DNA of 39,191 bases from a virus. Every line of letters starts with the position of its first letter. Position 1 is the first letter of the stretch. The notes under the pieces were generated by a model, which did not search any database, was not told the origin of the DNA, and saw nothing but the letters and a program-made list of their open reading frames with translations. The translations under genes and the position numbers were made by a program. Below are positions 1-9,940 of the stretch, one piece after another. The stretch is taken from UHGV virus genome UHGV-0190739; one strand, written 5' to 3'.

Positions 1-149
1 ATTCTAGCCAGGGTCGATTTTCCGCCGCCGTTGGGACCCGTGATCACAACAAATTTATTTTCACCGACCGTCAGGCTGATATCCTTTAAAATCTCCTTTT
101 TCCCCTGGCTTTCCGACACGCCAAAGGAAATATTCTGCAATTCTAACAT
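1..149 (-). CDS. ABC transporter ATP-binding protein, 5' part (host; SufC-like)
   Basis: Manual translation from ATG 149 (RBS AGGAGG): MLELQNISFGVSESQGKKEILKDISLTVGENKFVVITGPNGGGKSTLAR, containing Walker A GPNGGGKST; runs off the window edge. Confidence 0.85.
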   Translation of the reverse strand, partial: MLELQNISFGVSESQGKKEILKDISLTVGENKFVVITGPNGGGKSTLAR

Positions 150-193
150 AATTCCTCCTGATTGTATGTTTCCGTATTTTTACACGCCTGTTT

Positions 194-237
194 ATTATAA
201 ACCATTTTCCATGGAAATACTATCCCATATGGAAAAT
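194..237 (-). promoter_or_regulatory. Putative promoter/operator of the host ABC ATPase
   Basis: TATAAT on minus strand at 194-199; inverted repeat ATTTTCCAT (204-212) / ATGGAAAAT (229-237) and palindrome TTTCCATGGAAA (206-217). Confidence 0.4.
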
Positions 238-372
238 TTTGCAGACGTAAGAAGGAAGCCTGCCTGCGGGGTCTCTGTCTGCTGCAGGCCGCCTTTGCAT
301 CAGGACTCTCTTCCGCCGCAAGACGATCCCCGCGGAGCGTTTATACGCCGCAGGACGCATTCCCCATAACGT

Positions 373-402
373 AAAAACGCCCCGGGGAATCTCCCGGAGC
401 GT
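373..402 (-). terminator. Rho-independent terminator of host cell-wall protein gene
   Basis: GC-rich imperfect hairpin followed by TTTTT on the minus strand just after the stop at 420. Confidence 0.55.
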
Positions 403-419
403 CCATATCATTTTTCCTG

Positions 420-1301
420 TTACTGGGCTGCTGTGATCGTATTTACGATATCCGCCATAGCGCCTGCATCAGACATGGTGCAGCTGGTGGCTAAGATCAC
501 CATAAAGCTCTCATGCTTTCTGCAGTAGAAGGAAGTCTGGTTCTGTTTGCCCTTCTTATTTGTTCTGGTGATGGAAACCTTGGAATAGTTCTGGCCGCCT
601 ACGGTAACGGTCTCAACGGCGCCCACCTGGCCAGTCTTGCCTTTTTCAGCGTTTCCTAACTGTGCTGCGAATGTGGCCGCATCCATCTCCGGCATTTTCG
701 CCATATTGGCGTAGTAGATCTCCAGCTCACCGAAGTCTGTGCTCATGGAGAAATCATAAGTCACCTTAGGATTTCCAATGGTGCCGTAAATATCGTCGGA
801 GAACAGTTCCTCTGCTTCCACATCTGTATTGGTGGAGCCGATCACCTGGGGAATGCGGATATTGGACCATGTGTTTGTAAACACGCCGCCGCTTAATTTT
901 CCCTTGGGTGCTGTGGGAACAGGGGCTACCCAGCTTCCGTCCTCATTGAAGGAATAGGATACGCCGTCGATCACTCTTGTCTGGTTGGCTACCATAAGGC
1001 CCGTCTCCGGATCTGTGTAGAACCATACCTCGTTTCCGCGGCCGTCTCCGCCCTCTGCCTTGATCCAGCCCTTTACGGTATTTCCCTTTCCATCATAATA
1101 CACCCAGTTGGAGCCCTGCTCGGTCCAGCCGTATAACATGGATTCCGTATCTGCGGCTCCCTCTGTGGTCTCCTCCGGAGCAGAGTTCCGGATGCTTCCA
1201 TCCTCTTCCACAACCACTGCGTCTGCAAATGCAGAGATCACGTTCATGCTCCCGAGGGCAGCCGTTGCTGCTGTCAGTAATAATACCTTTCTTAATTTCA
1301 T
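420..1301 (-). CDS. Secreted protein with cell-wall-binding (CW/choline-binding-like) repeats (host)
   Basis: Start re-assigned to MKLRKVLLLTAATAALGSMNVISAFA (signal peptide, RBS GAGG); repeats GWTEQGSNWVYYD, GWIKAE..VWFYTDPETGLM, IDGVSYSFNEDGSW. Confidence 0.8.
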   Translation of the reverse strand: MKLRKVLLLTAATAALGSMNVISAFADAVVVEEDGSIRNSAPEETTEGAADTESMLYGWTEQGSNWVYYDGKGNTVKGWIKAEGGDGRGNEVWFYTDPETGLMVANQTRVIDGVSYSFNEDGSWVAPVPTAPKGKLSGGVFTNTWSNIRIPQVIGSTNTDVEAEELFSDDIYGTIGNPKVTYDFSMSTDFGELEIYYANMAKMPEMDAATFAAQLGNAEKGKTGQVGAVETVTVGGQNYSKVSITRTNKKGKQNQTSFYCRKHESFMVILATSCTMSDAGAMADIVNTITAAQ

Positions 1302-1519
1302 ATAAACCTCACTCCTGATTTTTATTTTCATTTCTGTTCTGATTATACTAGAAGTTTCCGGATAACGCAAGCCGGAACCGTTGGAAATACAGGGAATTAA
1401 ACGAATCTTAAGAGATTCTTTTAAAAAACCTATTAAAATCAAGGAGTTTTGGTATGATCTGTGACAAGTGTGTGACTAACCGCCTGCTTCTTTGGGATTC
1501 CTTTCAGTCGCACTTGTAA

Positions 1520-1535
1520 GTTGCACCGGTGCAAC
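1520..1535. repeat. Perfect palindrome GTTGCACCGGTGCAAC, copy 1 (intergenic)
   Basis: Read directly; identical copies at 8128, 19999, 31885. Confidence 0.95.
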
Positions 1536-1541
1536 CTACGT

Positions 1542-1745
1542 CTATTTCCCCCTGGATGTTGCCGCATCCGGGGGGGCTTTTTTGTTAAACTGAGTGCCAA
1601 AATAAAAACCCACGATCACGGTATAGATCGTCAGAAACTGATCGCCCGTAATCTCTCCCACGCAGGTCAGGCCAATAAAGCCACCGGTCAGGGCCAGTGT
1701 CATAATCGACTTTACATCAATCAGCTTTGCCAGTTTTTCCCGCAT
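1542..1745 (-). CDS. Holin-like small membrane protein (67 aa)
   Basis: MREKLAKLIDVKSIMTLALTGGFIGLTCVGEITGDQFLTIYTVIVGFYFGTQ; two hydrophobic helices; RBS AAGGAGG; last gene of the late region. Confidence 0.7.
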   Translation of the reverse strand: MREKLAKLIDVKSIMTLALTGGFIGLTCVGEITGDQFLTIYTVIVGFYFGTQFNKKAPPDAATSRGK

Positions 1746-1758
1746 CCATTCCGCCTCC

Positions 1759-2091
1759 TTAAATATGCTGCGCCGCCAGGAGAATAATACCTGTAATCGC
1801 CGCACCAGCCAGCAGCTTGACCGCAGTATCCAGGATACTGTCTCCGATCCTCTTCCATTTCCTTCCAGGTTCCTGTTCCAGGGCCCCCAGCCTGTTGTCC
1901 AGTTTTTCAAGACTTTCTCCCTGCTTCTGCATCTCGCTTAACATCTGTTTCATATCTCCAGCCAATCCATGGATGGAAATTGTAAGCGTCCTCGTCTCTT
2001 CCATGGCACCCTCCAGGATTTCCAAACGCTTATTCTGTCGATTGTCTTCGTCGCGGATCCGTTCCAGTTCTACCCGCGTTGTCTCGTCCAT
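1759..2091 (-). CDS. Coiled-coil protein with C-terminal membrane helix (XhlA/holin-associated-like)
   Basis: MDETTRVELERIRDEDNRQNKRLEILE...KLLAGAAITGIILLAAQHI; RBS GAGGAG; immediately upstream of the holin. Confidence 0.65.
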   Translation of the reverse strand: MDETTRVELERIRDEDNRQNKRLEILEGAMEETRTLTISIHGLAGDMKQMLSEMQKQGESLEKLDNRLGALEQEPGRKWKRIGDSILDTAVKLLAGAAITGIILLAAQHI

Positions 2092-2116
2092 CTCCTCAGC
2101 CCCCTTCCTTTTTCTC

Positions 2117-2149
2117 AATATAACATGAGCCACGGAAGAATTTCTCCCC
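2117..2149 (-). promoter_or_regulatory. Putative late promoter (lysis genes)
   Basis: GGGGAGAA-N16-TGT-TATATT; same architecture upstream of scaffold and terS. Confidence 0.55.
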
Positions 2150-2164
2150 CCATGGCCCGTGCTG

Positions 2165-5100
2165 CTATTTCTCTTCGATCCAGTTTTTGAAATCTGTGTC
2201 ACTGTACAACTGTTTCCCATCGATCTTGATCTTATAGAGCTTTTTTCGGATCTGCTGCCTGTCCGCATTCGTCCCGGATACATAGGACTTTTTGTATTCG
2301 CGTGTGAAAGCGGACTTTACCCTGCTTCTCACCTCTTTCTGAATTTCTGCCTTTGAACTACTCTTTCCGGCCTCCTTTGCTTCCTCAGTCTCAATCCGGA
2401 TCAACTCGTCTACGACCATGTTAAAGTCTGCAACGGACGATTCTGCGGCTTTTACTACATCTCCTGCCGTATACAGCCCTTTTTCCGGCTTTTTCTCCTC
2501 CTTCTCTGCCTTTTCTTTTTCCTCCCCTGTACCCTCCTCTTCCTCATCTGCCTCTGCTTTATTGACCAGGCTGTTAACCGCGGATATTATGTACTCCCGT
2601 TCATACCCAGCTTCCTCAAGTTCTTTTACTGCTTTGCTGTATTCCACGGTCTTCCCGTTCCGTTTACTTTCGGCCGCCTGGATCACCCGCGGGTCCTCCT
2701 TCAGCTTTTTTGTATACCTGGACTTTATTTTCTTATTCACGTCCTCAATCTCCAGTTCTTCCAGATCCCGTATGATGCGGTCCCCCATCTCTGCATTGCC
2801 GTCCGCATACTGCTTCATGGCCATTGCAACATAATTTGACAGGTTATCTGGGCTGTCGATGTCCTTAAACAACTTGTTCCTGGCATAATTCATCTCCGGG
2901 CTCCCGAAGGACTGGATAAATGTGCCTACCACGGCCTTCAGATCCTTTAGAACATTTCCGGCCGGTATTCCGGTAATTGTACTAAGCGGTTTTGCGGTCT
3001 CCACTAACAACTCCGGGATTGTCCGGTCTGACTCTCCCTCTATTTTTTTCTGCCATTTCTGGATCGTGTAATACAGCTCCTGGAAGGCTGACATGTCAGT
3101 CCTTTCAATACTGTATCCCATAAAGATGCTCTCAATGTCTTTTACAATCGGCAGGATCCCGACCGGATCCAGGTTGCTTCCCAAGTTACCGGACCATGCT
3201 ACCGCAATCTTTTCCGGCCATGAAAGCTCTTCATCCTGCCAGAGATCTCCAAACAGGGCCGCCCGGTACTTCTCCTTGAAGTTCTTGTCTTCATCGTCGT
3301 CCCGGAGCGCATCCACCACAGAGGCCGCCAGGGCGGTGGCTGCTGCGTTGATAACATAAACCCCCAGCGTTCTTGCCAGTTTCTTTTTATTCTCGCTCGT
3401 GGGCTTAATACGGGTGTCTGCGATTGCCCTGTACAGCATGTTATATGTCTTTGTCGGCTCAGACATAAATGACGTATACATCTGCTTTAAGCCATCCTTG
3501 GATTTCATCAGCTTACTGCGGTGTAAAACTGAATCGACTACCTGCGTTTTATCTATGATTTCGGAAAAACGCTCTCCTGATATCCTGTAAAATTCCTCAC
3601 TCCCTTCTTTTATCTCTGGATGCAGATCCTTTGTTTCTTCCTGAACGGCCATCCACAGTCTGGCCCATGCAATCTCGTCTCCCTTCCCAGCCATCCACAT
3701 TGATTTTTCGATGATGGATTCTTTCAGATTCTCCGGTCCCATCATGATATTTTTCATGGATCGCCCGGTATTGATGTCAAAATATCCCCAGTCCTTCCAC
3801 TGTGCGATCGGAGCATATTTCTTACACCGTTCCCATTCTTCCTTCCCTACATGGAGTTTTAATCCTTTCGCAAGGTATTTTGGGCTGATTTCTGCGGCCG
3901 CACGCACATATGCGGTTGGCTGCTGGATCGCGGTCCGCAGGTTGGCGCCGACTGCGGCCGATTTCATATTTCTGGTCAGCTCCGCTACAAAATTCCTTTC
4001 CGATGGAGCTGTTCCGTTCAGATCGATCATCAGACCTTCAATATATTTCTGTCCATCTTTTCCGAAAACACGTTCCAGGGCTTCTTTTACGCTTCCAGCC
4101 CCCAGATCCTTATAGTTTAAAACCTTCTGCATATCTGCCAATGGAACCACGAAAGCATTGTAGCTTCCCATTTGGTCCGCCTGTCGCGTATACACGTCAA
4201 AAATGTCCTCAATTATGATTGGGTTATTTGCTCCAGGGATTGTATGTTTGGTTGATCCCATGTTTTTTAATGTCGTAAGTGTCGCACCCAGCTCGGTTTC
4301 TTTCATCGGAATGTAGTTTTTGTCCGAAACAATCGGGAAATAGTTTTTTGCATTGAATTTTTTGTATCCATACAGACGCATGGAAACTTCGTTTCCCCAT
4401 TCGCTTGTTACCGTCGTAAAATATTTTACGATGGCATCTGCAATATCTTTCTGCTCCTGTGACAATGTATCGGTGATTTTTTGCACTTCCAATGCCGTTA
4501 CGGCAATCGGATTTTCTGCCTTTTTGATCACATACCCGTGCTTCTCCTTATCATATGTCAATGTTGGGGCACTTTTAATTCCACCTGTTTTATTGTAGAT
4601 ATGTCCTCTGGCCGCATCACGCTTATTCAGGACGTACAGGCTCATTATCTGGGCTGGCGTAAGCGTCAATGTTCCACTTCCCACTTCAAACGTTTTCTGT
4701 TCCGCTTTCTTTCCAGTCCATTCCTGCAGCATCTTTTGCGAGATATTCTTATCCTTAAGCAACTTTTCCATATAGTCCTGTGCGTTCTTGGTATTTTCTA
4801 TTTTTTTGTCGAATCCCCGTCTCGCCTCTTTATATACGGTTTCCATTGCCGGTCCCATCTGCTCAAACATTGTTCCTGCATCCAGCATTTCGTAGTTCAG
4901 CAGGCTGGAGGCGGTTCCTCTTACACCGGCAAACTCTACTTTTCCAGCTCTGTCCTTCAGATCCTTTAAGACCATTTTTGAGACATCTTCAACTTTTTCA
5001 TAATTTTTGTTTTCAAAAAGCCGATTGGCATCCTGTATACAATGCTTGATTGATGCCACAACATCTCTTAGTATCCGCAGATCCTTAAGTTCCAGGTCTT

Positions 5101-8100
5101 CAAGCCGGTCAAAGGAATCGACCCGATCTGTCAGCTTAATCATTTTCTCTGCCAGATCCGGATCCACATCCATATATACCGTTCCCCCTTCCTCCAGAGT
5201 GCTTCCAGCCTCCGCAATTTCTGCGAACTGATCCTTCAGCTTCAACCACTGCACAGTTCTGTTCGTTGGCTTCCCTTCTGTATTTGTTCTGGATGAGCTG
5301 TAATCCATACCAGATAAAAACTCCGCCAATGGAACACGGAGCGATTCCGGTACATGCTTTTTATCCGTCGGCGTGTCCAGCCACCGGCCCATTTCATTCA
5401 CATCCCGGATAATATGTTCCCGATGCTTCCTGGATTCTGCGGCATCCCTCCTCCTCTGGTACTTCATTTTTCCGGCCAGAAGGTCAAAATTGACCTTGTC
5501 CTCTAACTCCTTACGCTTTGCACGGAGTTCCTCCTGCTTCTTCCAGTTCTCTTTTTTCAGTTTTCGGATCTCGGCCTTTTCTTCATCAGTATTCCCTGTT
5601 CCATACGCACGGTACTGTTCGGCCAGGCTCCGGATCTTCAGATTGATCTCTTGCCTCTGCCTGCTGGCTTCTTTCTCCGCCGCAGTGATGTCTGATTCAT
5701 ATTCTCCTTTTAAACGGTTCTTGTAGGCTTCGGTCCTTTCCAGATACTTGCGGTTTGCACGGAATACTTCCGCCTGCATCCTGTCCGCCATCGTTGGCGG
5801 CAGTGCACGGATCTCCACGGATTTACCTTTGATCTCCTGGGCAATAATCTCCGCCATCTCATCCATATTGGCATGATACGGGTTCCTGATCTGCGGCTGA
5901 AGGCTGTCATATACCTGGGCGATATGGATCAGCTGATCTGCTGGATTGATGATCTCTGCTGGAAACAGTTCCGGCGACATCCCGGCCAACTCATCATAAA
6001 CCTTGTCTACTCCGGTTCCTTCATTTCCAATCCGAAGTTTTCCGAAGTATTTCTTCCGGAAGGTCTCATATCCTCCTTCTGCGTCCAGATCTGCACGGTT
6101 ATTTGCCGACAGCGTGATTCTGGTCGTTCTCATATGGGATATGATTCCCTTATACTCCTCCCTAATATCATCTTCCAATCTAGCATTCTTTACGATACTT
6201 CTTGCTATTGCCAGGGCAGCCCGGTCGGTTTCCTCCATATCCGATCCTCCGGTCGAGTGCATGTATGTATAGAGCTTGGACAGGTTATTTTCAAGGCTTT
6301 TCTGTGAGTACCCGGAATTATATGTCTTTAACAGCTCCCTGGCAGTCTTTTTTATGTCCTCTATTCTGGGGGCATAATCCTTTGTAAGCGTCAGCTGCCT
6401 CTTTAACTCCTCGTTCGCTTCCTGGAGCTCTTTGTTTTCTGCTGTCAGACTGTCATACTGTTCCTGGTCCACGTCCTCCAGCTGGAAGCGAACACTGTCT
6501 CCTGGAGCAGAGTCACCCCCCGCACTTTCGGATGCACCTGGTTTCAGATCTGCATCTTCTGTTTCTTCATGGTTTTCACTTCCGACTTCATCTGATTCTC
6601 CAAATTCGGCATTGACATCCTCTAATTTTTTAAATATACTGTATATAGAGGAGGCAAAAGCGTCGCTGGGGGAACCGTTTTTCGGGATGGCCCTGGTCTT
6701 GATCGGCGTATCGCCTCCGATTTTTTTCTGATAGACCTCATGTAAATATAAATGGTTATCTTTTGCGACCTTCACTGCAACAGCGACAAAATAATCTCCC
6801 GCAAATTCCCCTTTTTCAATACGTATTTTTCCTCCGATAACAGCGCTATCCCACCCGCGGCCTTTGCGATCCTTTTGATAATCCAACACCTTTCCATGCT
6901 CTATGACTGCCGGTACTGCGCCAAATGTAATCGCTTTCATCCGGCCTATTCCATGGCCAATATCATCTTTTATTCCCGCACGACTCAGATAAACCTGTCC
7001 CAATACATCATTATAAACTCTGCCTTCTAAGCTCTGGAAAAAATCATCTACCTGGTCAATAATACCTTTTTCGCTTTTTCTAAATTCGCCCCCCGAAAGG
7101 GCTATTATTGTATCCATATTGCGGACAGTATTAAAATTCTTTTCAATTTCTTCCTTGGTCACCAGCTCTGGTTTTTCTACCATGTACCGCTGCTTCCCTG
7201 ATGTAATCTCAAATCCAGCTTTCCTTTTTTTGGACGATTCCTCCAGAGCATAAGCGTACATATCCCTGGCCTGCTCATAGTAATCCAGCTGCTCATGCAG
7301 ACCTTCTGCTGCTTTCGAGATTCCTTTTCCTGAAATAAGTTGCTTGATGGCGTCAACCATGTCTGACAGGAAATCCCGGATTTTCTCGGCAATGGTCCGG
7401 TTATCCCTGGCCAAATTCTCAATAAACGCCTCATCGTTCAGGAATCGGCCTGTTGCGTCTGCCGCGATCTCCTCCGTAATCTCCTCCCGACTCAGGTTCT
7501 GTCCCGCCTCCTGGTACCGCCTCTCATACTGCTCCACAAGCCCATCATATGACACGTTATCCGCATTCATGAGGGCCTGGATCACCGTCTGCTTATATCC
7601 CTCGTAGTAATCCGGGGCATAATCCTTGATAAAGTGTGTCAGCTCGTGGGACGTGGTCTGAAGGAAGTTCCCGGAATCCACAGCCAGACGGATCACGCCT
7701 TTCTCCGGAACATACGCGCCGGCTTTTCCGTCCGCCTTGCTTACCAGTTCGATTTTTAACCCGGTTTTCTTTCCTACGGATTCTGCAAACTGCATCTGGA
7801 CCCCTGTGGCCATTCCGCTCAGATCCGAGGCCATTCCAGTTTTCGGCGCTCCCTGGACATATTCCGGGCGCTGTCCGGCTATAAGGTTCCGGTCCTGGGC
7901 TCCTGCCTTATATGCTGCTGCCGCCTGGTCCGGTGTCAATACAGAGGCAATGGCCGCCTTCTCCGCAGTCTCCATCTCTGCATTATACCGGCCTGCATCA
8001 TAATACCGGCCGAATGCCTTCCGATAATCGTCAATGGTGCTCATCCCATCGTAGCTGTCCGCAAATGCTTTCTGTCCATTTTCCCCGAAATTTCCATGTT

Positions 8101-9931
8101 CCGCCACTTCTTCCCTGGTGTAATCCGGTTGCACCGGTGCAACTGGCTCTTCCGCCTCCCGGATTCTCTCCTCCTTCTGATCCGGCCGGATCATAGTCTC
8201 TGTACGGGCCATGGTGTCAGTTTCAAGCTCCTGGATCACGTCCTGGGGCTTTGTTCCAGTTTCATTCTCCAGGTTTGTTTTCATGTCCTCCTGGACATTC
8301 TTTTCCAGAATATGCTGGTCTGCTTCTTCCATTCCACGGGCCAGGTCATAGTAATCCCGCATAAATCCGCCCTTCTGGAGTCCTGTAAGCGTTTCCCCGC
8401 GGCTCTGGATGTCTGCATAGGACTGTGCCAGGCCCTGGAGGTTCCTGGCCCGTTCCAGGCTTTCTGCGTCCTTATAGGTTGCCGTGTCCGTGTCAATGGT
8501 ATCTGCGATCTCCTGGAAATCCATGTCACCTTTTCCCAGTCGATTCTGGTTCGCAACGCCAATGGCGGCCGCCCCGCTGCCCATCACGCCGCCGGAAATG
8601 GCCCCTCCCAGGCCTGCAAGTCCGATCTGCTTTGCTATATCCAGATATGCGTTCCAGGGGCTCTTACCGGCCTCCTGGTAGGCTTTCTTTGCCTGTGACA
8701 GGTTGGACTTGTCTCCCATGATCCAACGGTCTGAGAGTGTGTTGGCAAATTCAGTGGCCATCTCTTCCGATGCTTCCGTGGCCATCTGCTTCCCCAGATT
8801 TTTCGCGACATCCCTGAGACCATAGACTGGAGCGTCCTTCATAGCCTGGAGGCCCCCGATACTGATCCGCTCCATTCCGGTCTCCGCCGCCCCGTAGGCC
8901 AGGCCCAGGCCTAAAGCCTGATTAAAAGACGCACCACGTTCCATCGCGTCCTCAACGCCCCCTGTGGCGGCTTCCAGACCTGCGAGTGCAGCTCCCGTCT
9001 TGCCCATCGGAAGCCTTGCTACGCTCTGCCCGATAGAGAGCCCCGTATCTACCAGGAAGTCCGTGGCTGCACTGTCCCAGATCTTTTCCCTGGCAGTCTC
9101 TTTCAACGCTTCTCTTGTTGCCGCTTCACGCGCCGATGCATAGTGCCCCTCACTGTACGGATCATATTCTTTTTTTGTCACATCCGATAAATAACCCAAT
9201 CCACTCAGCATTGAGGCGCTGATATTTCCCAAGGTCCCGATTACAGGATGTTCTTTGGCCAGCTTTCTCGCTGCCGCTTTTTCGCGCTCCATTCTGCGTA
9301 CCTGAAGCGCATTATCGATTCCGTTCAGATAATCTTTTGCTTCTTTTTCCCCGTATTTCCCCAACAGGTAATAGTACTGGTCCTCCTCTTCGGTCGTCAT
9401 GTCTTTGTACCGGTCTGCTCCTGGATCAACCATAGACAGATCCACTTTCTCAGACCGGATCCCGCTTATCGTATAGTTTTTATTTTTGTCTTTTTCCCTT
9501 CCCTCTCTGATCATACGATCCCAGTCTGCTCCAACCCCATAATTTGCTTTTGCTCCAGAGATCATGCGGTCTGATTCTGCCGGTTTTAACACTGTCCCGC
9601 CGTATTTGGGAGTCTGGTTTTTGATTTTTTCAGCAAATTCCATGGCTTCTTTGTCTTTTTTATACTGTTTTCTCAAATTTCCCAAAGACAAAAAACCATC
9701 TTCTTTTCTAACCGTCTGTCCGTACTGCCTTGCATAATTTTCCCGTGTTGCTGCCTGCCTTGCAGGCCTGGATCCTGCAAACTTCTTTCCTGCTTTTTCC
9801 AGGTCCGTATAGTCCCTTGCATTTTCCATCATGCGGTCAGACACCGTTTTAAGTTCCTCATCTTCCGTAAGACCAGTGGTGAGCCCGTATTTTTTCATGT
9901 AATCTTCTCTTGTCGCCGCTTTTTTTGCCAT
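2165..9931 (-). CDS. Giant polyvalent protein, probable internal virion/ejection protein (2588 aa)
   Basis: HExxH zincin motif (SHELTH, 7634-7648); a BECR/LPD-like alpha+beta domain (~6610-7190, ending YLHEV); Gly/Ala-rich N-terminal helices; last position in the structural operon, as for podoviral ejection proteins. Confidence 0.75.
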   Translation of the reverse strand: MAKKAATREDYMKKYGLTTGLTEDEELKTVSDRMMENARDYTDLEKAGKKFAGSRPARQAATRENYARQYGQTVRKEDGFLSLGNLRKQYKKDKEAMEFAEKIKNQTPKYGGTVLKPAESDRMISGAKANYGVGADWDRMIREGREKDKNKNYTISGIRSEKVDLSMVDPGADRYKDMTTEEEDQYYYLLGKYGEKEAKDYLNGIDNALQVRRMEREKAAARKLAKEHPVIGTLGNISASMLSGLGYLSDVTKKEYDPYSEGHYASAREAATREALKETAREKIWDSAATDFLVDTGLSIGQSVARLPMGKTGAALAGLEAATGGVEDAMERGASFNQALGLGLAYGAAETGMERISIGGLQAMKDAPVYGLRDVAKNLGKQMATEASEEMATEFANTLSDRWIMGDKSNLSQAKKAYQEAGKSPWNAYLDIAKQIGLAGLGGAISGGVMGSGAAAIGVANQNRLGKGDMDFQEIADTIDTDTATYKDAESLERARNLQGLAQSYADIQSRGETLTGLQKGGFMRDYYDLARGMEEADQHILEKNVQEDMKTNLENETGTKPQDVIQELETDTMARTETMIRPDQKEERIREAEEPVAPVQPDYTREEVAEHGNFGENGQKAFADSYDGMSTIDDYRKAFGRYYDAGRYNAEMETAEKAAIASVLTPDQAAAAYKAGAQDRNLIAGQRPEYVQGAPKTGMASDLSGMATGVQMQFAESVGKKTGLKIELVSKADGKAGAYVPEKGVIRLAVDSGNFLQTTSHELTHFIKDYAPDYYEGYKQTVIQALMNADNVSYDGLVEQYERRYQEAGQNLSREEITEEIAADATGRFLNDEAFIENLARDNRTIAEKIRDFLSDMVDAIKQLISGKGISKAAEGLHEQLDYYEQARDMYAYALEESSKKRKAGFEITSGKQRYMVEKPELVTKEEIEKNFNTVRNMDTIIALSGGEFRKSEKGIIDQVDDFFQSLEGRVYNDVLGQVYLSRAGIKDDIGHGIGRMKAITFGAVPAVIEHGKVLDYQKDRKGRGWDSAVIGGKIRIEKGEFAGDYFVAVAVKVAKDNHLYLHEVYQKKIGGDTPIKTRAIPKNGSPSDAFASSIYSIFKKLEDVNAEFGESDEVGSENHEETEDADLKPGASESAGGDSAPGDSVRFQLEDVDQEQYDSLTAENKELQEANEELKRQLTLTKDYAPRIEDIKKTARELLKTYNSGYSQKSLENNLSKLYTYMHSTGGSDMEETDRAALAIARSIVKNARLEDDIREEYKGIISHMRTTRITLSANNRADLDAEGGYETFRKKYFGKLRIGNEGTGVDKVYDELAGMSPELFPAEIINPADQLIHIAQVYDSLQPQIRNPYHANMDEMAEIIAQEIKGKSVEIRALPPTMADRMQAEVFRANRKYLERTEAYKNRLKGEYESDITAAEKEASRQRQEINLKIRSLAEQYRAYGTGNTDEEKAEIRKLKKENWKKQEELRAKRKELEDKVNFDLLAGKMKYQRRRDAAESRKHREHIIRDVNEMGRWLDTPTDKKHVPESLRVPLAEFLSGMDYSSSRTNTEGKPTNRTVQWLKLKDQFAEIAEAGSTLEEGGTVYMDVDPDLAEKMIKLTDRVDSFDRLEDLELKDLRILRDVVASIKHCIQDANRLFENKNYEKVEDVSKMVLKDLKDRAGKVEFAGVRGTASSLLNYEMLDAGTMFEQMGPAMETVYKEARRGFDKKIENTKNAQDYMEKLLKDKNISQKMLQEWTGKKAEQKTFEVGSGTLTLTPAQIMSLYVLNKRDAARGHIYNKTGGIKSAPTLTYDKEKHGYVIKKAENPIAVTALEVQKITDTLSQEQKDIADAIVKYFTTVTSEWGNEVSMRLYGYKKFNAKNYFPIVSDKNYIPMKETELGATLTTLKNMGSTKHTIPGANNPIIIEDIFDVYTRQADQMGSYNAFVVPLADMQKVLNYKDLGAGSVKEALERVFGKDGQKYIEGLMIDLNGTAPSERNFVAELTRNMKSAAVGANLRTAIQQPTAYVRAAAEISPKYLAKGLKLHVGKEEWERCKKYAPIAQWKDWGYFDINTGRSMKNIMMGPENLKESIIEKSMWMAGKGDEIAWARLWMAVQEETKDLHPEIKEGSEEFYRISGERFSEIIDKTQVVDSVLHRSKLMKSKDGLKQMYTSFMSEPTKTYNMLYRAIADTRIKPTSENKKKLARTLGVYVINAAATALAASVVDALRDDDEDKNFKEKYRAALFGDLWQDEELSWPEKIAVAWSGNLGSNLDPVGILPIVKDIESIFMGYSIERTDMSAFQELYYTIQKWQKKIEGESDRTIPELLVETAKPLSTITGIPAGNVLKDLKAVVGTFIQSFGSPEMNYARNKLFKDIDSPDNLSNYVAMAMKQYADGNAEMGDRIIRDLEELEIEDVNKKIKSRYTKKLKEDPRVIQAAESKRNGKTVEYSKAVKELEEAGYEREYIISAVNSLVNKAEADEEEEGTGEEKEKAEKEEKKPEKGLYTAGDVVKAAESSVADFNMVVDELIRIETEEAKEAGKSSSKAEIQKEVRSRVKSAFTREYKKSYVSGTNADRQQIRKKLYKIKIDGKQLYSDTDFKNWIEEK
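8128..8143. repeat. Palindrome GTTGCACCGGTGCAAC, copy 2 (in-gene, read as VAPVQ)
   Basis: Read directly; 29-bp identity with 31881-31909. Confidence 0.95.
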
Positions 9932-9940
9932 ACTTCCTCC

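Noticed and set aside
1520..1535. Canonical chromosomal parS
   Set aside because: Differs from TGTTTCACGTGAAACA at many positions; only length and palindromy are shared
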